Shown here: positions 58,714 to 64,000 of the stretch, piece by piece
How the letters are laid out: every line of letters starts with the position of its first letter
How positions within the stretch are numbered: the stretch's first letter is position 1
Assembly (NCBI GenBank): GCA_964291295.2
Contig: OZ219754.1
Location: forward strand, 2,240,001-2,304,000
Direction: 5' to 3'
DNA length: 64,000 nucleotides
Origin: an uncultured Candidatus Binatia bacterium
Lineage (GTDB): Bacteria > Desulfobacterota > Binatia > UBA9968 > JAJDTQ01
Notes under the pieces: model-generated
Seen by the model: the letters and a program-made list of their open reading frames with translations, nothing else
Told to the model about the DNA's origin: nothing
Database searches by the model: none
Position numbers and translations under genes: made by a program

Positions 58714-60210
58714 GTGGCCCAGGCGGGCAGCGCCGGTTTCACCGGTTCCGGCCGACACATCGTCGAGGAAGACGAGATCAAGCTCACCAGCGTGGGCGTG
58801 GATATCGGCTCGTCCACGTCCCATCTGGTGTTCTCGCGTCTCGAACTGAGCCAGGAAGGCACCCGCTACGTTGTCAGGAAGCGCACGGTGCTGAGCGAAT
58901 CGGAGATCCTGCTCACCCCCTACACCGACGATCTGACCATCGACACGGAGCGCCTGGGACGCTTCATCAATGCGCAGTACCAGCGCGCCGGGCTCAAGCG
59001 GGAGGATGTCGATACCGGCGCGCTGATCCTCACCGGCGTGGCGGTGCGGCGGCGCAACTCCCGGGCCATCGCCGAGTTGTTTGCCGAGGAGGCGGGCCGC
59101 TTCGTCTCGGTCACCGCCGGCGACGGACTCGAGACCACCATGGCGGCCCACGGTTCCGGGGCGGTGGCCCGCTCCGGTCGGGAAGACGCGGTGGTGCTGA
59201 ACATCGACGTGGGCGGCGGCACCAGCAAGATCGCGGTGTGCGCCGGCGGCAGGGTGCGCGAGGTCACGGCCATGGACGTGGGCGCGCGGCTGGTGGCCCT
59301 GGACGACGCCAATGCGGTGGTGCGGGTGGAAGAGGCCGGGCGGCGCCACGGCGGCGCGGTCGGCGTCGAACTGGAGCTTGGCCGGTGTCTGAGCGAGGAC
59401 GCCCTCCGGGCCATGGCCGCGGAGATGGCCGACCGCCTGTTCGAGGTGATCCACCGGCGGGAACTCGCCCCGGAGACCCGGGAACTGTTGCGGCTGCCGC
59501 CGCTGGCCTACCGGGGCGGGATCGATGCCGTCACCTTCTCGGGCGGCGTGTCCGAGTTCATCTACGGCCACGCCGGCAACGGCTTCGGCGACATGGGCGC
59601 GGTCCTGGGCCGGGAGCTGCGCCAGCGGGTGGAAGGGCTGGGGATACCCATTCTCGAGCCGGCGGCGCGTATCCGGGCCACCGTCATCGGCGCGTCGCAG
59701 TACACCATCCAGGTGAGCGGCAGCACCATCTTCATCGCACCGCCGGACGCGGTGCCGGTCCGGAACGTTCCGGTGGTGCGCGTCGACTTCGAGTGGGGCG
59801 ACGTCATCGACGGGGCGAAGGTTGCCGGCGCCATCGACCATGCGCTGCGGCGGCTGGACCTTCAGACGGGCCGCCAGCCCGCGGCGCTGGCATTCCACTG
59901 GGACGGCTCGGCCACGTTCGCGCGCCTGCAGGCCTTCTGCGGTGCGGTGGCGGCGGGCCTCAGGCCGGTGCTGGACAACGGACACCCGCTCGTGCTGGTC
60001 AACGACGGCGACATCGGCGGCATCCTCGGCCTCCATTTCAAGGAGGAGATGCAGCTCGATACGTCGATCATTTCGGTGGACGGCATCGCGCTGCAGGAGT
60101 TCGACTACATCGACGTGGGCGCGCTGATCCCGTCGTCGGGGGCTGTGCCCGTGGTCATCAAGTCGCTGGTGTTTCCCAACGCGGAACAGAACGCGGCCAT
60201 CCGCTCGTAG
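58714..60210 (+). CDS. eutA: EutA-like (ethanolamine ammonia-lyase reactivase-family, ASKHA ATPase)
   Basis: SVGVDIGSSTS, GA.I.TG, AG..LE...A..GSGA, DVGGGT, FSGGV, IRATVIGA and VPVVIKSL.F motifs. Confidence 0.75.
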   Translation: MAQAGSAGFTGSGRHIVEEDEIKLTSVGVDIGSSTSHLVFSRLELSQEGTRYVVRKRTVLSESEILLTPYTDDLTIDTERLGRFINAQYQRAGLKREDVDTGALILTGVAVRRRNSRAIAELFAEEAGRFVSVTAGDGLETTMAAHGSGAVARSGREDAVVLNIDVGGGTSKIAVCAGGRVREVTAMDVGARLVALDDANAVVRVEEAGRRHGGAVGVELELGRCLSEDALRAMAAEMADRLFEVIHRRELAPETRELLRLPPLAYRGGIDAVTFSGGVSEFIYGHAGNGFGDMGAVLGRELRQRVEGLGIPILEPAARIRATVIGASQYTIQVSGSTIFIAPPDAVPVRNVPVVRVDFEWGDVIDGAKVAGAIDHALRRLDLQTGRQPAALAFHWDGSATFARLQAFCGAVAAGLRPVLDNGHPLVLVNDGDIGGILGLHFKEEMQLDTSIISVDGIALQEFDYIDVGALIPSSGAVPVVIKSLVFPNAEQNAAIRS

Positions 60211-60276
60211 CTCCCGTCCGCCCGCACGGCCCGTCGAGGCTTGCGTCCGGGTGCGGTTGGAAGTAGAAGACGGTTC

Positions 60277-61662
<1,386 letters not shown>

Positions 61663-63512
61663 AGCGAAGCCAGCCTGGCGTACAGGCCGCCGCCGCTCAT
61701 CAGCGCCTCGTGGGTGCCGGTGGCCGCGATACGGCCCTGGTCGATGACCACGATGCGGTGGGCCTTGAGCACGGTGGCCAGGCGATGGGCGATGATCACG
61801 GTGGTGCGGTTGGCCATGAGGCGCTCCAGGGCCTGGTGCACCAGGTGTTCGCTTTCCGCGTCCAGGGAACTGGTGGCCTCGTCCAGGAGCATGACGGCCG
61901 GATCCCTCAGGATGGCGCGGGCGACGGCGATGCGTTGCCGCTGGCCGACGGAGAGGCGCAGGCCCTTCTCGCCGAGAAAGGTGTCGTAGCGCTGCGGCAG
62001 CCCCTGGATGAAGTCGTCGGCAAAGGCGGCCCGGGCCGCCGCCGCCACCTCGGCGTCCGTGGCCTCGGGGCGGCCGTAGCGGATGTTCTCCCGGGCGCTG
62101 GCGGCGAATATCACCGTTTCCTGGGGGACCAGGCCGATGCGCCGCCGCACCGCCCCGGGGTCGGCCTCCCGCAGGTCCACGCCGTCCAGCCGGATGGCGC
62201 CCCGGCCCGGGTCATAGAACCGCAGCAGCAGCTTGAACACGGTGCTCTTGCCGGCTCCCGACGGACCCACCAGCGCCACGGTCTCACCGGGCCGTATGGC
62301 CAGGGTGAAGCCGTGCAGTGCGTGCGCGTCGGGCCGGGAAGGGTACTGGAACTCCACGTCATCGAGTTCGACGCGGCCCTCTGCGGGTACCGGCAGCCGT
62401 CGGGGCGCGGCGGGCGGGGCAATGGCGGGGCGCGCGTCCAACAGCTCCAACAATCGCTCGGCGGCACCGGCCGCCCGCTGCACTTCGCCCCAGACCTGGC
62501 TCAGGCTCGCGGCCGAACCCGCCACGAAGATCGCGTAGAACACGAACTGGATCAGCACGCCGGCGGACATGCGGCCGCTCAGCACCGCTTCCGCCCCCAG
62601 CCACAGTACCCCCACCACACCGCCGAACATCAGCGCGATCACGAGGAAGATGAGCAGGGCGCGGTTGCGGACTCTCACCAGCGCGGTGTGGCAGGCGGCC
62701 TCGGCGGCGGCACCGAAGCGTTCTCTTTCGCTGTGTTCCTGGGTGAAGGCCTGCACCGTCTCCACCGCATGGAGGTTCTCGCCCGCAAGCGCGCTGGTGT
62801 CGGCCACCCGGTCCTGGCTCAGCCGGGACAGCCGCCGCACCCGCCGGCCCAGCACGAGAATCGGCAACAGGACCAGCGGGATCAGCACCATGACGGCGCC
62901 CATGAGCTGCGGGCTGGTGACGATCAGCATGATCAGGCCGCCCGCGAAGATCAGCAGGTTGCGCAACGCCATGGAGGCACCAGAGCCGATCACCGTCTGG
63001 ATCAACGTGGTGTCGGTGGTCAGACGCGAAAGGATCTCGCCGGTGCGGGTGATCTCGAAGAACGTGGGGTTCATGTCCAGCACATGGCCGTGGATCCGCT
63101 TGCGGATGTCGGCCACCACCCGTTCGCCGATCCTGGCAACGAAATAGAAGCGGCTGGCGGAGGCCGCGGCCAGGACGGCGATGACTCCCAGGAGCAACTG
63201 GAAACGCTGGCTGATCAGTTCGCGGTTCTCTTCGGTGAAACCGGTTTCCAGTATCTGACGGGCGGCGATGGGCAGGATGAGCGTGGCCGCAGCGGCCGTC
63301 AGGAGGGACAGTGCCGCCAGCACCAGCAGGACCGGGTAGGGCCTCAGAAAGGCGGCAAGCCGGCGCAGCGGCCGCACATTGCGGCTGGCAGGTCGAGAAT
63401 CGGAAACGTTGGCTGGCGCTTGCATCGGCGGCGGGCCCGCTCGTTCCACTCCATGCGAAAACGGGCGCCACCGCGTGGCAGTGGCGCCCGTTCCCGGCGT
63501 CGGACCCGGTTT

Positions 63513-64000
63513 CTATACGTTGACCACCACCACGCCCTTGGGCTCCAGGTAGTAGTCCAGCGCCTCGGGCCCGTGCTCGCGCCCCACGCCGCTGGACTTG
63601 ACACCGCCGAAGGGCAGCTCGTCGTAGCCGTAGTGGAGCGAATTGACCCACACATTGCCCGCCTCGAGCTTGTCGATGGCCTTGTTGGCGTATCCCATTT
63701 GGCTCGTCCAGATGGACGAGCCCAGGCCGAACTCCGAAGCGTTGGCGCGTTCGATGGCCTCGTCCAGGTCCTTGAACGTGAACACCGGCAGGGCCGGCCC
63801 GAAACACTCCTCGGTGGCGATGCGGGCGTCGTCCGGCACGTCCGTGAGCAGCGTCGGCAGGTAGAAGTGGCCGTTCCTGAACGCGTCGCCCTCGGGTCGG
63901 GCGCCGCCCGCCACCGCCTTGGCCCCGCGGGCCCGGGCGTCCTCCACCTGCTCCTCCACCTCGGTGCGCTGGTAGTCCACGTGGAGCGGCCCCATGCGGC
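63513..64000 (-). CDS. Aldehyde dehydrogenase, C-terminal part (runs off the window end)
   Basis: EECFGP, AN...FGL and PFGGVKSSG.GRE motifs. Confidence 0.9.
   Translation of the reverse strand, partial: RMGPLHVDYQRTEVEEQVEDARARGAKAVAGGARPEGDAFRNGHFYLPTLLTDVPDDARIATEECFGPALPVFTFKDLDEAIERANASEFGLGSSIWTSQMGYANKAIDKLEAGNVWVNSLHYGYDELPFGGVKSSGVGREHGPEALDYYLEPKGVVVVNV

Overview
High-GC bacterial chromosomal window. The gene repertoire (TauT-type ABC systems, amidohydrolase, paired ThDP enzymes, Mo-hydroxylases, bicupin plus EutA-like, TbpB-like lipoprotein) resembles Binatia/'Deltaproteobacteria'-type, possibly sponge-associated MAGs; this placement is inference only. Core and catabolic genes (amidase, coxS/M/L-like, DEAD helicase, gltBD, thrC, ABC and MFS transporters, MscS) are interspersed with three toxin-antitoxin pairs, decayed integrases and IS fragments. 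The main discovery is a three-gene DISARM-like defence operon (DUF1998 helicase-nuclease, SNF2 helicase, N6-adenine MTase; 44483-57164, minus strand). Its MTase carries two simple-sequence-repeat switches: a C13 tract just before motif I, and a (CAGATCGA)20 octamer array directly upstream of three tandem, diverged copies of a putative target-recognition segment. These copies lie in different reading frames, and the stop codons overlap ATG restarts. This suggests a frameshift-driven three-way specificity switch. Also found: a UGA-recoded Uxx* selenoprotein with a SECIS-like hairpin that the ORF track misses, a poly-C20 frameshifted surface lipoprotein, and several short intergenic tandem repeats. 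All frames and coordinates were worked out by hand and no database searches were run.
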